Below are positions 9,702-24,365 of a stretch of DNA of 60,000 nt, piece after piece; the stretch's first letter is position 1, and each line of letters opens with the position of its first letter. The position numbers and the translations under genes were made by a program. Origin of the DNA: Lama guanicoe (taxonomy: Eukaryota). The notes under the pieces are model-generated. The model was not told the origin of the DNA. It was given only the letters and a program-made list of their open reading frames with translations, and did not search any database. The stretch spans positions 7,463,957-7,523,956 of the forward strand of contig MU053881.1 of the NCBI GenBank assembly GCA_013239625.1, read 5' to 3'.

Positions 9702-11941
9702 CTACAGGCATTAAAGCATCCACTCTGAATTCAAATGTGGTTAAGAAAAACTAAAGAAACAATCCTCTAGGATAATGGTCCTGTTGACGACACATGGTGA
9801 GTTTTTTCTTAGGTAACAAGGAAAATAATTACAGTTGACTCCAATACCATTAAAAAAACTAAGACACTGCCTCACCAAAAGAACCTTTTTATATCAATAG
9901 ACTTTAATTTTTTCAAATGTCAAAAGAAGTATCTTTAAGGTTGATGAACAGTCATGGAAAAGCCTAAATTAAAGAAAGTACACTGAGGGTGCCTTTTGTG
10001 ATAAGCACACCTAACAAAAAAATTTGAATGCTAGAGAACTGTTTTAATGTTAACATGACATACAAAAGGCAAATGCGGATAAAATTTAACAAAGAATCCT
10101 GGGCTGCATGAATAGATGTCTATTTGTCTCATAAAAAGAACTCAAATTGATTTTCAACTAGCAAAATAATAACAAGAAAAAATGAACAGTGAAGAGATAG
10201 TTTAAAGAGCCTATAAAAATGTTTTATAGCAAAAGCATAAATTAAGTTTATAAAGCATGCAATAGTGAAGTCCCAATAAAACCCGTATTTATTATTACAA
10301 TATTATCATGAGATTGTGTGTCTAAATTAATCATGCAGAGAGCAAAAGGTTGGAAAGTTAGCAGATGGACTCACACACACACAAAAACAAACATTTTGTG
10401 GTATTTTATTTGTTTTTGTTATCTAGCAAGACAAAAAAATTCCAATGTGCTACTTGAGTTAAACAAGTAGCTAAATACATTTAGTTGAGTAATTTTTATC
10501 AAGGAAAAAAACGGCAGAAAAAGAGATGAAGACAACACAGATAGCAAAGTTCGCACTGATCAATTCTGGAAATCCACCTCCAGAAATATACAATGGTCAA
10601 GCACACTTACACAATGGGTCACATATATACAAGCAAAACCTGCTGAATTCAATTCAGAACTATTTGAAAAGTGTGTGTGTGTGTGTGTAAGAGACAGAGA
10701 GAAGGAGAGAAAGATATTATTCATTTAAAGTTACTTTTTTCCTTGAGAATGTCAAGCTTTTACTTTATGTGACTTATAGGTTATAATGTTATATACAAAA
10801 ATTCAAGGGATGGAAAAATAATTGACTTCTGTTAATAACAGCTGTTAACATTGTTGAATACTACATTTAGTACCACTGAAGACTTGAAAAGAAATCACAT
10901 AAAACACACGAGAAAGCCCTTTTACATAAGGTGATTATGTCTTACTATTTCAATTAAAATGAAATAGTAGTAAAATGTCTTATTCTGTACCCTGCCATCT
11001 AAGACTGATGTAGCACCTTGAACATCTCCTTTCGTAGCAGACAATATAAGCTAACTATTTTCACATCAATATGCTTAATTTTTTCCATGTCTACTTATTT
11101 TAATTACATCTGTCATTCTGTTGCATAAAGATATCCTTCATCTTTTTTGTACCTTCTCCATTTTCCTCATTCACTTCTTTTTTGCTCACTCTTGGTCCTG
11201 CTATACACATCAAGAACTTGTTTCTAATTCCAACCTAACCTCAGCCACTGGACCTACTTTTCCCTTCCACTCACTTTCTCTTACCTTCTGGCCTCTATTA
11301 TTTTAATTTTTAAGGGATAAGGCCCTTATAACATTAATTCTTACAGACATACAGTCTGACACTTCCTCTTTCAGTCACAAACTTAAATATGCAGAAAACT
11401 AGAGGCTTTGAAGTTTGGGTATAAATGGAAAATGAATTACCTTTGATATTTAAAAATGTCAAAATAGATACTAAATCCCATTCTTGAAGGCTTAGGATAA
11501 ACAATTTCAAAGCCATAAAAAAAATCACACCTAACAAGTTTTCTGGAAGGCTGAAATTTCTTAGATTAATGTAAAGCCCTTTTAGGAGCTACGTTAACTT
11601 TCCTCTCAAGGCCCCTCCTGAACCAGGAAAAAAATAACGGTACATTTAATTCAAACCAACAAAACATTCAGAGATATTATAGACTGTGGTATTTCTGCCT
11701 CATGACACAGAAAAGTGTTCCTTTTAAAAATAATTCCCTTATTCAGGCATCCTTTCCCCTTGCAGTCATTTTAGTCTTTCTTAAAGTTTTAGAAAATCGG
11801 AAGGTAGGCATATGAAATTGGGGAATTATACTGCATGCAATACTGAGAAAATAGATACAGAAACAGATAGCACAGTTCATGCAGCGATAGAGAAGAGATG
11901 GAGAGGTCTGCTCGTTGCCTGGGAGGAAAGAGGACACTGAC

Positions 11942-12281
11942 CTGGGAGAGTTCGGGGTGTTTCCACTTCTTTCACTTAAGATTTCCAAGTCAGCTGGAAC
12001 TTCTATAAGTTTCACACATTTCTTTTCCTTCCTTGGCTGAATATCCACAGGCAGATTCTTGTGAGGAGAGAGAATGACTCCTGCTGTGTTTACAGAAACT
12101 GTCTTTTCTAACTGCAAGTTGTTATCTTCTAAATTGCTAGGACAGGAGTGTGCCTCCTCCTTCTGAGGTGGTAATCTATAAACTTCTCCAGTGGCACTGT
12201 TGGCACACGCATCGGTAGGGGTGGCTGTATCTACAGGCAGTACCTCACGCCTCTTTTTGAGTACAGGCACTTCAATTTTCT
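11942..12281 (-). CDS. SPDL1: Spindly exon 11 (KIEVPVLKKRREVLP...NTPNSP)
   Basis: TTCTCAG| acceptor, CAG|GTCAGT donor, 340 nt. Confidence 0.94.
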
Positions 12282-14393
12282 CTGAGAATAAAAACAATTA
12301 AAAATATATCTAGTAAATAAATCAAAGACATAACATAAGGTACAAGTAAATATATATTCTTCTTGCCTTTTTTCCATTTCCATTCCCTTAAAACCCACTC
12401 ATCTCCTTACTGAATTATATTGTCTTCAATCCTTCCTCTTTCATGGACTCTATTAATTAACTGTATCTTTTCCAGTCTATCTGGCTATAAAAATTTCTTT
12501 GGGAATTCAACATATTTGGCTCTAAGAATGAATACTTAAATGTTCTGTTCCAGTGCTTTATAAAGTTGCATGGGGCTTCATAAGATCTCAGCATGCAAAT
12601 GAGGAAGGATACAGTGGCTAAGAGTCAAGGATTCCAGGTACAAATCCTAGTGCTAATAACAAACACTCTGCAGCTGGGTGACCCTGGGAAAGTACTTAAC
12701 TTCTGAGTTTTGTTTTCTTTCTTTTTTTAAAATCTTGAATATTAATAGTCAGCATTTATTGAGCAACTACTAAGTGCAAAGCACTGTGTTAATTACTGTA
12801 TGCATTCACATTTAATCTAAGAATGAGCAAAGTATGAGCTTTGTTTTCTTATCTGTAAGATGGGGATTAAAAGCACCCATCTAGTGAAGACTCAATATTG
12901 TGGGCTATAAGGAGCAAATGAAAAGAGGCTGAATTTTCTGAATATGGTAATTTGTGCCTATTAGCCCCACCCACAAAATATATTCAAAATCTGAGTCCTT
13001 CTATCATGGATATCTCCCCAGTTCAAACCTATTACGTCTCACTGCAGACTGCTGCAGTAGACTTCTGTCCTCACTGCCTAACATAACATCATTCCACCCC
13101 CCCATGCAGGTCCACATACACAGTCACTGAATTAACCGTTCTAAAACCTTTCCCGAATCCCCATACCAATGTGTCTTTCATTTTCAAAATCAAAATATTA
13201 GTGAAGTTGGAGAAACCATGGCTGAATGTGGGACTGGTGTTCTTGCTCTACACTGCTGTTTTAAAATCATTATTTCCCGTCTCTTGCCCTGCTCCTTTGA
13301 AACCCACATCCTCCAGATTCACTGTACTTTCTCCTATTTGCTGTGTTCAGTTCAGCAGGCCTTTTAAATTCATAATGGATAATTCTTAATAGGACGGGCT
13401 ATTAATCAGGGAAGAGAAAAAGGATGAGGAAAAGAGAAGCCCTTTTAAACTATTAAAAAAAAAAAAACCTTATTATTGCTGACAACCTTCCCACTACTGT
13501 TGAAAATCACTCCAGAATCACTGAAGTAATAATGAAGAGAGAGAGAGGTGAACAGTGTAGGGGCAAAAACTGGCTGAAAATCTATAACCTAAAATATGTA
13601 ACATGTTTTTTTTTTTGTTCTAAGAATCATCAGATTCTTAAGTTCTTTTACTTCTGGCCTTTCATTTTTTAATTTACATACTGTAAAATCACTGTTTAAA
13701 AGTGTACATAGTATGCAGAGCCTGTATGGTTAGGCAATTCTCTTGGTGATTAGACTTGACAGCTATCCTCTAGTATCTGTCCTGCTGTTGCTTAATAATA
13801 GGACCCCAAAGACTTAATAGTTGAGAACATGGGCCCTGAGAATCAAGACTGAATTTCTCTGCTTTTCCTGTGGGCAGGAAAAGCCAAGTGACTAAATTCT
13901 GCTCAAGGAGATACAGGTTGATGAACACTGCAAAAGAAGCTTAGATCCTGACACTGACCAGTCCTAGAATGCCTCCTCCAGGCTTTTTTCAGGGGGAGAA
14001 ATAAATACCTATCTTGTTTAAGTCTCCATTATTTTTAGGTTTTCTACAAACATTAGTATTAACTAACATAGCTCCCAAACATTAGTTGCCTCAACAAAAC
14101 TGAACTCTTCGGTATACATAAGATGCTGCATGCTTCAGTGGAGAAGTCTCAAATGGCAAGGTTCTCCTATAGACATCCAAAGAGTACCCATTGTATTCAT
14201 GCACACCCAGGACGCAGTTCGCTTTGAATTTTCCTACACATTTTGTATCAATAAATTTGTTTTATTAAATATAGATACATAGCTGCAAATTAGTTTGTAA
14301 TGTGATCTGCATAAAGCTGAACAACAATTAACAAAAAAAGATCTCTTGGAGCTTCTCATGGTATAAAAGACAAAATACATGAGGCAGACATAC

Positions 14394-14581
14394 CTTCAGG
14401 CTCATACTTCAGTTTTAACTCATCTAGTTTAGCTCTCAATTTCATATTTTCACTTTGGGAAAGCTGGAGGCACCTTTCATTTGCAAAAAGTTTTCGCTCA
14501 ATATCCAGAGCCCGCTGGCTCTCAAATAATGCTTTCATTCTCTGGATGGACAATTCACCTTTAGTGCTTTCATTTTCTTTG
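14394..14581 (-). CDS. SPDL1: Spindly exon 10 (KENESTKGELSIQRMKALFESQR...KYEPE)
   Basis: ATATAG| acceptor, G|GTATGT donor, 188 nt; frame continues from exon 9. Confidence 0.96.
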
Positions 14582-15168
14582 CTATATTAATTTTTAAAAA
14601 AGGAATATTAAAATAATACATGAAATAAGTAAGTGTAGTTATTAGTGCACATTTTTTTATATTTGAACTCAGTAAAATACACTTCCTTGGAATTTTTAGT
14701 AATAAAGAAACACTAAACATAATAAGTTTTAACAATAGCAGTTTCAAATAAAAAATATCATGCACTCTTCAAAGGAAACTGACAAATGGAGGAAACATTC
14801 TTTCCACATTTATGCATGCATAAATAAATTCCTTTGAATTTTAAATTACATGTTATTTATTCTTGACAAACTTATTAGATTGTAAGAACATACTAAAGTT
14901 CTTTTCACTTACCAATGTAAAAAGCTAAACACAAAGAATTAAAACATTTAATTATTCACTGCAAGTATTTTTCTTCAATAACCAGCACTAATTATATCTT
15001 GAATAAAACTCATTTGCTGCACAGAGGTATTTTTGCTGCCTTCTATTCTACAATTTTCTTTTGGCAATTTTAAACCAAAATTTGGCAATTTTAAATTTGT
15101 AGTCACTACTACTACTTACTAGACGCAAGTCAAAAGAGCCTCCATCTTTCCAGGCACCTAACACTTAC

Positions 15169-15272
15169 TTTAAGTTGTCAAGCTTTATCTGAAGTAAATC
15201 TGTGTAATAGGTGTCATCTTCCAGAGCACCAGAGTTGGCTGAAGGCTTAGATTCCATACTTTCATATAAACT
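15169..15272 (-). CDS. SPDL1: Spindly exon 9 (SLYESMESKP...YYTDLLQIKLDNL)
   Basis: CTTTAG| acceptor, AA|GTAAGT donor, 104 nt. Confidence 0.95.
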
Positions 15273-16059
15273 CTAAAGAGAACAACAATTCTTATTAGTT
15301 AAAATAAATAACAAATTAGGTGAGTGTTAAGGTTTATTAATAATATCAGCTACCACTTACTGAATGCTTATCATCTAGCAGGCACTGTTCTAAGCCCTAG
15401 CCACTTAACTCATTTACCTTCTAAAGTAGGTACGAGAATAAGCATCCCTCTCTTACACAGGGGAACTGGCTCGAGGTGCTGCAGGCAAGTAAACTGAGAA
15501 GAGAGAATCTGAACGCAGATCTGTCTCCAAAGCCTATGCCTGTTACCACACCCAATCCCCTGGTTTCTCTCTCCTGGCTTTTAACATGGAAGAAATAAAT
15601 ACTCTGGGTTTAATTCTGGCCTTTATGACAAATCCATAAATTACAAAAATATGAAAAAGAGTGGAGATTCTTACAGTTATTTTTGGTGCCTACTCTTCTG
15701 AGATTCTGATGGAATCTCTATACAATTTCTCTAGGGGAAAAAAACGTAAATCTGCTTAGAAATGTGTAAACAATTTCAGAGGTTGCCATTCAAAGCCCCT
15801 AACTTAATGTCATAATTTTGAAAGTACAGTGCTGAGTCCACTGAGGAGCCAAATACACCTGCCAATTAATGCTTTACAAATTTAACCAAAACTGCAGTCT
15901 TTCCACAGTTCTTACAAGAGAAAGAAATAAAGTTACATAAACTTAAAATTTTATGATACATAAATGGCTACAATTTAGAATGCCTAAGAGGTTATTAACA
16001 TTTAAAAAATTTGTCATTTGTAAACTTTAATTGGTTCTTTAGTTAGTGGGAAGATATCT

Positions 16060-19000
16060 GTGTTCCCTAAGTTAATTTATAAATTTAATACAATCCTAAT
16101 AAAAATACCAACAAACTTTTTTGGAGCTAGACAAGATGTTCATAGGGAAAAACAAACATGCAAAAATAACCAGGAAAATTCTGAGAAAGAGAAGCTATGG
16201 TGATAGAATAGCCCTAATAGACAAAACATATGATAAAACCTCTAAAATGAAAAGTGTGGTACTGATGTGCAGATAAGCAGACCAACGGAATAGAATGAAA
16301 ATCCAGAAATAGACTCAGGTGTAATGGAAATTTGCTATATGATAAAGGTGTCATTTTAAAACACTGCAACCAAGATTGACTTTTTAATGTGATGCGGGGA
16401 CAACTGGCTAGTTATTTGGAAAAGATAAAATTAGATTTCTACCTCACACTACACACAAGAATAAACTTCAGTAGAGATCAGGTCTCTAAATGGAAAAAGT
16501 GAAACCATACAAATACTAGTAGAAAACATGGGTTAATTTCTCTCTACACACACACACACAAATAACTACACCTATGAAAACATGTTCAAACTCACTCATT
16601 ATTACAGAAATATAAATTAAAACTACACTGAGATACCATTTCTCATCTATCAGACAGGCAAAAATTGTCGGAGACAACACACTATTGGTGAGGCTAAGGA
16701 GAAACGAGCACTAGGACACGCTGCCGGTGGGAATGCAAATTGGGACAAGACGTGTGGAGGAGTTTGGGAACGCCTAAGAAGACTACATATGCATTTACTT
16801 ATAACCCAGCAACTGCACTGTAGGAATTATCCCTGATGATACCTCTACAACATAAGAAAATGCATATATATGCAAAATGAGCTTTGTAGCACTGTGTATA
16901 CTTGCAAAATACTGAAAATAATCTAAATACCCAGACACAGGACGAAGTATGAGAATGCACACGATGGAATTCCCTGTGCTGTTAATAAGTATTAGGACGA
17001 CCTCTCTAAACTGAGAGGAAGTGATTTCCAGGTTAAAGTTAAATGAAAAAAGGAAAATGTGAAAGAATATGTTATGCTTCATTTTGTCCAAAAAAAAAAA
17101 AAAGAGAGAGAAAATAAAGCTGCTCTTTTTGCAAAAAGAAACATGGCACAAGTAAACCAGAAAACAAGTGAAACTGGCTACTTAAAAAGGGAGGGGTGGA
17201 AACAGGGTAGAAGGGATGGGGGAGGCAGACACTTCTCTGAGTATACCTTCTTTATACTTCTGACTCTTAGCATCATGTTAATGTTTCACATGCTGAAAAT
17301 AAGTAAGTAAATTCAACAAGGATGGATGGAGGGTAACAAAATGAAACAGAAACAAACCTAACTGCATTTCAGACCAATAATATACTTGTACCAAAGAGGG
17401 TAAGGGAAGAGGGGTAAAAAAACCCCGAGTAACTTTAGAACACAGCATTTTGACTATACACTCTTAGGCTAAAAAAAAAAAAAGCAAACACCCTGAACTT
17501 TAGTGAACAGGATAATTCCAGAACTGTATGTATTCTAACACTGAGTAAATAAGTAAATATATTGAGGACGTTAAGAGCCACGTCTTTCACTGTTGGAAAA
17601 ATGGGGTAGGCAATGAACCCTGTGATATTAGACTCAAAGTGGAGTTATCAGTATGAGATCAAAGTATTTTTATGTTTATGTGTATGGTTATGTGAATAAA
17701 TATACTCACACAAACCTAAATACACACACAAAACACTCATAAGTATGTACACAACACATACATAAATATATTAAATATACACAGAAACACTCCTAGTTCC
17801 GTCTGCTGAGAGGGTCTAGAAGTGATGACGTTCCAGTAGAAATAAGCACATCTAGTGCCCAGGTCTTGGTTTCTAAGTGCCGTTCTCCACTTAAAGGAAC
17901 CTGTGCTCCTTGGAGAAATGCTGATTCCAGGGCTGGGGCAGGTGAGCCAGGAATATATTGTGCCAGAGTAAGGAAGCACTCCTACTGGCCAAATCTGGGA
18001 CAATCAGAGTAAATAAAGAAGTTATGGGCTATAATCCATAGGATAAAATAAGGATTCATGAGGCTGTACTTAAATAAATAAATGAATAAGTGGGAAGGAA
18101 AAGTTCTTCGTTTCAATCCCTTTATTATTCTTCTAAGAAATTACCATTTGGCAATCATCATAGTAATATCTGTTTCAGGCAAGAATCATCACTGGATGTT
18201 CACGTATAAGGAGAAATAGACATATACTTGGTCTAAGTACCTCCCCATAAGATACTAATTAATTACAAAAAGAAAAATCATAACTGTGCAGTGGAGAAAC
18301 CTGGGAGGCATAACCATAACCAAGCAATCGAGGTTAGTATCACCATTAATAGCACAAATGGATATCATGTGCCACTTGGTGTGACACACTGAGAATATAG
18401 TAATACTCCTATAGCATTCCTGTCAAAAATACTTAGTGTGAATCTCATCACATCACACACACCCAAAATGAGAGACAATCTACAAAGTAACTGGCTGTAC
18501 TCTTCAAAAATGTCAAGGTCATAAAAGATAAAGGCTGAGGAATTGTTCCAGAATAAGGGAGACTAAGACGACTTGACAATTAAATACAACATATGATCAC
18601 TGACTGGACCTGAGAAAGGAAAGCATTTGGGGTAGTTTTGCTTTGCAAAAAGGACATTGGTGGTGATTGTTTAGTAAAGTAAAAGAGAGCTTAGCTAATA
18701 CTATGTATCAGTGTTAATTTCTTGATTTTGATCATTGCACTGTGGTTACATAAAAAACTGAACTTCAACAGAGATACAACCTGAGGATAAAGGATATCTG
18801 GTTTGCAACTTATTCTGTTTAAGATAAAAATGTACACACGTGGCAGAGTGAGAGAAAATAATAAAGCAAATGTGAAGATGACAGTTGGGGAATCTGGATG
18901 AAGGACATACAGAAATAATTTTACAACTTTTCTGGGAGTTTGAATTTATTTTACAAAAATTTTAACTAGTTTATTAAACACTTCTATGAATCCCAGTTGC

Positions 19001-19370
19001 CGCACAACACTGAACAATGTGACAAAAATGTTACTGTGCATCCATTAAACAATGGAGGTGGAGAGCCCTGAAAAATAATCAACTACTTGTAACACACAAC
19101 AGAAGGAACAGATCTCATTGACGTAATGTTGAATGGAAGACAGAAACAAAAGAGTACATGTAATGAATGATTCCATTTATATAAAGTTCAAGAGTACTGT
19201 ACATGTAAAACTGATACAAAGTTTGAAGGTGGGAGTACTCACTTAAAAGGGACATGGCAGAGCTTTTCTGGAGTGCCAGAAGTACTCCGTATCTTGAGCT
19301 GGGTGGAAATTATGTATGTACAACTCACTGAGTTGTACACTAAAGATATGGGCACTCAGTTAAAATTTAC
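16060..19370 (+). mobile_element. Old L1M (L1MC/MD-like) 3' portion in SPDL1 intron 8, antisense to the gene
   Basis: Degenerate ORF2 C-terminal sequence followed by long L1M 3'UTR-like sequence. Confidence 0.7.
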
Positions 19371-19586
19371 AACGACAAATGTGGGGGGACCTATCTGTTA
19401 AAAAGAGCAACAGTCTAAAACACTGAAAAGCAGAAAGAAACTGGAAGAAAAAAATTAATTTAAATACTGGTAAATCTCAATGGAAACAATAAGTTAATTA
19501 GATAATAAAGAAACATATTCAAGTTAAAAGTATGAAGATATTCAAACCAAAATTTGGCCGCCTTTCTTCAAAGTGTTTACACATAC

Positions 19587-19727
19587 CTTAAATTTCTCCA
19601 GATTCCTAATTTCACCTAAAAGATGTTTAATTTCACCATTCTTCTGCTCCAACATGGCAAGCAACCGTTCCTGTTGTTCAAATTCAGTTTGAGACCCTTT
19701 CATTTGTAGTAGTGTGGCAATCTGTAA
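19587..19727 (-). CDS. SPDL1: Spindly exon 8 (LQIATLLQMKGSQ...LEKFK)
   Basis: T-tract-CTAG| acceptor, AAG|GTATGT donor, 141 nt. Confidence 0.96.
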
Positions 19728-21678
19728 CTAGAAAAAAAAAAATCCCTCCCCCAGAAAATTGAGTGGGGGAGAGGAAGATTCTGATAACCATATTTTTGAT
19801 ACAATTCATATTTCGTACTATATTACTTTGACCTCATTTTAGAAGCTAATTAGCTATTTCCAGTCTAATAATCTAATAATTTGAAAACATTTCTATCAAT
19901 AAATCTAGTTATAGACATAACTTTTTAGTACTTATTTTGACTAACTATGAGTGGTATCTGAAGTCCATAGCAATTACTTGTACTCCTGTGAAACATAACT
20001 GAACTGAGCTGCTGTGGTCTGGAAGCACATCACTTTCGTGGTAAAGAAACCACTAAATGAAATGGTCTGGCCGAATGCTGTACTTGACTCATCATGTGCA
20101 CTCTCATTAGGGGTCTGAGGGGGTTTCTCAAAAGGTAATTAACTCCATTAGTACTAAGTGGGGGAAATTATTAAGCTACTCACATTCACAAATATGAGAT
20201 TCACAAAGGACAAGGATGGAAAGCAAAAGTTAAAAAAGGCAATCTAAGAATACTGAGGCAAACATCAATGTAAGTATAAATTTATTTTTTAAGAATAGCA
20301 AACAACTTACCTAATTATAACTCCACCTAAACTTGGAGTTGCACAGCCATCAGCAGGAAATTAACTAAAATCTAAACCTTAGCATTCCTTTCTGCCCTTG
20401 GAAATTTCTGGAGTTCTGAAAACTGTCAATTAGCTTAAACACATTTTTGAGTAAAGCAAGCAATGACAGGAGGTTGCAGGTATGGTTACAAGGAAGAGAG
20501 AAAGGTGATTTTTAACACTTTGAAGATCCACTTTTTGTTCTTACTTCAAACTGGAGGCCAGACACATTCAGCCTAAGATTCAGAACACTACTTGCGTCTT
20601 AACGACAGTCTGGGATATCATGGGAACGTTGAGAGATTAGTAACAGTAGCCCAACAAATACAAAAAGAAAACAAAGAGCAAATGTGAGAACATTTACAAA
20701 GAAATCACTCCCAGACAGGGGAGAGCCTCAGTAAACCAGATAGCAGAGTCTAAATCCTTAGAAGTAAAAGCTACAGCTACTGTTGAGTAAGCTGGCACTT
20801 CCTTATTTGGCAGGCACCATGTAAACACTTCACTACTCTAAGAGGTAGGTTCTATCGTCTCTGTTTCCCAGATGAGGTGACTGATGCTCTGAAAAGTAAA
20901 AATACTTGTCCCAGGTCACACAGCTAAAAAGTCACAGAACTAGGGTTCAATCCCAAGTTCATCTAATGCCAAAGTTTAACCACTGACCCCTTCCTATTTC
21001 CTTGGGAAATCTCATCATCCTGAATAAGAGGCAGGAAGCCTTCCAGACTTCTAGTTACCATCGTAGGAGAGTTAGGCGTAACAGATCTGGCATCCGGATT
21101 CTATGGGCTGGTACAATACTGAAATCCTTCTAACTTGCAGATGCTTTCCTGTTACCAGCTGTTTGACTAAAATGATGCCCAACAAACCTTTAAAATTAAA
21201 AGGGCTTATATGCTCGACTAGAGGAACTGCAAGGAAAGGAAATCCAAATTCCACTCTATAAATGAGCCTCTGTGGGAGAACTGAAGAATGGTGAGACAGC
21301 TAGTTTTAGTTGAAGTGGAAACCTTAGGGATAGTCTTAGAAAGAAACCAGGCCAACAGCAGGAAACCAAAACTTTAAATTCTTGTTTCTTCCCACTCCAC
21401 AGAGAAAGATTTGTATCTCTCTGGCAAGGCTAGTAACAATTGAAAACTCAATCAATCAATGGATGCTAAGTACACTATTACTAAATTTATACAGAATTAA
21501 TTTTTTAAATAAAACACAAAGGGATCTTTTACTCAATTTAAAAATATATTTTTCTAAAATCACAGAGTTCTAGAAATAATTATTTAAGTATATTCCTTGA
21601 AGGAAAAGATGCTTTCTTTGATATGGAATGCTGATACAAAATAGGTTTAATAAATCTTTGATCATAATAATTCTATAC

Positions 21679-21789
21679 CTTCATTCTTTGCATCTGCTCC
21701 CTATTAAATGCATTTTGCTTCTTTAGTGACTGGTACTTGACTTTCATGCTGATAAGCTGACGTTCCATTGCTGCCCTTCGATCCTCCAC
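21679..21789 (-). CDS. SPDL1: Spindly exon 7 (VEDRRAAMERQLISMK...QRMK)
   Basis: TTTCTAG| acceptor after a 76-nt intron, AAG|GTATAG donor, 111 nt. Confidence 0.96.
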
Positions 21790-21865
21790 CTAGAAAATAT
21801 TAAATGTTTAATTATGCTTTTATTAAGCAAAATGCCAATTTAATCAATGGAATATTTGTAAGTAC

Positions 21866-21964
21866 CTCTGCAAACAAGGAGTTGCCTTTACTGTTAGGGT
21901 CCAAGGCTTGCTGAAGTGCCTGGTCTAACTGCACCTGAAGATCCTGATTTGCTACACGAGCTTT
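21866..21964 (-). CDS. SPDL1: Spindly exon 6 containing the Spindly motif (KARVANQDL...DPNSKGNSLFAE)
   Basis: ATTTAG| acceptor, GAG|GTACTT donor, 99 nt; the GNSLFAE(V) motif is diagnostic. Confidence 0.97.
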
Positions 21965-22063
21965 CTAAATTCATAAGAACACAATTTAGCTAACAGAAGT
22001 TAGATTAGCAACAAAATTACCTATTATAAATTAGAAAATACGATCTTACTGTAATCATAATAC

Positions 22064-22213
22064 CTCCAAGGCATTATAGTAAGAAACTGCTTCTTTCTCT
22101 CGCTCCTCTTTTTCTTCTTTAAGCCGGTCTACCTGGCGCATCAGATTAGTACTGAGAAGCTCTAGTTGTTCTTGTCTGTACTGTAGCTCATTCACTTCTT
22201 CTTGGAGGGTGGT
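22064..22213 (-). CDS. SPDL1: Spindly exon 5 (TTLQEEVNELQY...YYNALE)
   Basis: GAATAG| acceptor, GAG|GTATTA donor, 150 nt. Confidence 0.95.
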
Positions 22214-22804
22214 CTATTCAACAGGAAATGAAAAAGAAAAAACTCTCTTGATTAATCCTTCATTTAGCAGTTGCTCAGTTTATCCATCAGCAGTGGTTAT
22301 CACCCCAAACTAAACCTAAAGAATTAGTAAAAGGTTCGACGATACATAATAAAATAATAAAAATTACTAAATTTTCCAGCAGGGAATCAAATAAAAGGCT
22401 CTCGACACTGTCTTTCTTTTCTATGAATTTAAGGCTTTAGTTTTTAATTAACTTCAGCCTACACTGATAAAAACTACATTTATATATCAACTTCCATGGG
22501 ACCAACTTTTTATATTGGGCTTTTGTGATCCAACTAGGATCAGAATAAATGTCTCTAAATTCTTCCAGAGGTTTTATTAATCTAAAAGTAAAGTCTGCCT
22601 TACCTAATCATGTAATCTAAAGCCTTATTATATATGAAGTAATCCACCTCAAAACTCTGTAAAACATTTTCTAATTAGATCAAACTTAGGCTAAAAAATA
22701 TTTCAGACTTAAAATTAGCACATAAGGATTATTACAAAAATATGTAAAAAAAAATACGAGGGAAAAAAAAGGAAACCTGAGAACACACATGCCACAAAAA
22801 TTAC

Positions 22805-22999
22805 CTTCATACTTTCTACTTCAGTCAGCTCAATCTGAAGAGCGAGCATCTCTGAAGACATGCTTTCGTGTACACGTTCAGACATTATTCGCATTTCCTC
22901 CGATTTACAAGAGAGGAGTTCCTTTTGATGATCCACTTTGTGCTTCAGCTGCTTTTCACTAAGCCTAGCTTCATCTAATTCAGCTTTCAGTTTTTCTAA
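22805..22999 (-). CDS. SPDL1: Spindly exon 4 (LEKLKAELDEARL...ESMK)
   Basis: CTCTAG| acceptor, AAG|GTAATT donor, 195 nt. Confidence 0.96.
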
Positions 23000-24188
23000 C
23001 TAGAGTTAAAAAAAAAATCACAATCTCATAAATCAAAAGGTAACGAAGGTCATCAGAACACAGATACAGTACAAATTGTTCTGGTACCTGCAGGATAACT
23101 ATTTTGGAAGACAGTCAAGCTGAACAAAATTACTTAACTACTTTTCCTAAAATGTCATAGCTTCAAATCTTGGAAAACTAAGAATTGCATTATTAGGAAA
23201 AAACATAACCAGCTCAAACATAATTTCACTGATAACATTACTTAAAATGAGAGAACATTTAAAAAGAGAGTCAATTTAATGAGAAACTAATGAACAGTAC
23301 AGGTGGTACAGGTATGCAAAAATCTTAAAAACGATGCTACATGGAACAGTAAAAATTAAAAAACTTCTGAGACAACAGAAAAAAGTCAGGCAAGTTTTGG
23401 TAGAGAAGGGTCTGCAAAGTATGGACTCTTTACAAAGGGAAGCCATGATTAAAGTTCGGGATTCATTACAAGTAACCTGAAGGTGCTGGTTTGATGAGGG
23501 TGCCAAAAGGGAACAGACAATCACTGAACAAGTGTTTGTTTTGTATTTGTGCTTGAAATGGAGCCAGTAAAATGTGTCACTGGACTAAGTACTGTGACAC
23601 ACGCTTTGAAATCAGATAGCCTCAGTTCAAATTCTGAAATTTCTACTCTATAATCTAGTCCAACTTTACTCAATCTGTTTGAACATTGTTTCCTTCATCT
23701 GTTTATGGAGATACTAATGGTACCCCCCTGATGGAGTTGTGTAAGAACGGGATCATAGGTAGTGGCTTATCTTCAATAAACAAACTATAAAGTATCAATT
23801 CTAATGTACGTTAATGTACAAGAAACTATTGGTTTCTTTTATGGAATTACAAAGTGTACCACTAGTTGCAGTGAAGGCTAGGGAACTAGTCTTCCTGAAA
23901 AGGGACTGATATACTAAGCACTATCAGGAAGTCATGCTAGTCACCAAACTAAAACTCCTCAACAAATATTCAAGTACTAAAATTAAATAGTTCTACTTAA
24001 TTAGCAGAATGTTATTTATACAAGTCTCCTAGGTAAATTCTCGTTTCTCAGTGCTCCCACTCCCAACATTAAGATGATGAAGCCTTTGATCCCAGCTATT
24101 TTGCAAAGACAGTACTAAGAAAATCTTACTTTACGTAAAGTTCACAAGCATGAAATATTTCTGCTCTAAAATACACAGCTAGACAAAC

Positions 24189-24365
24189 CTTATTTTTCAG
24201 TTCATTCACTTCCTGTCCATGGCTTCTGCTCAGCTGTTCTTCTAATTTCTCCAGCTGCATTTTTTGTTGCTGTTTGATAGCTTCAAATTCAGAGCTCAGA
24301 CTTTCTAACATCCGACTCTTGAGCTCAACTTCTCTCTGAAGAGTATATTTTTCTTGTTCATAATT
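24189..24365 (-). CDS. SPDL1: Spindly exon 3 (NYEQEKYTLQREVELK...ELKNK)
   Basis: TTTTTAG| acceptor, AAG|GTTTGT donor, 177 nt, phase 0/0. Confidence 0.96.
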
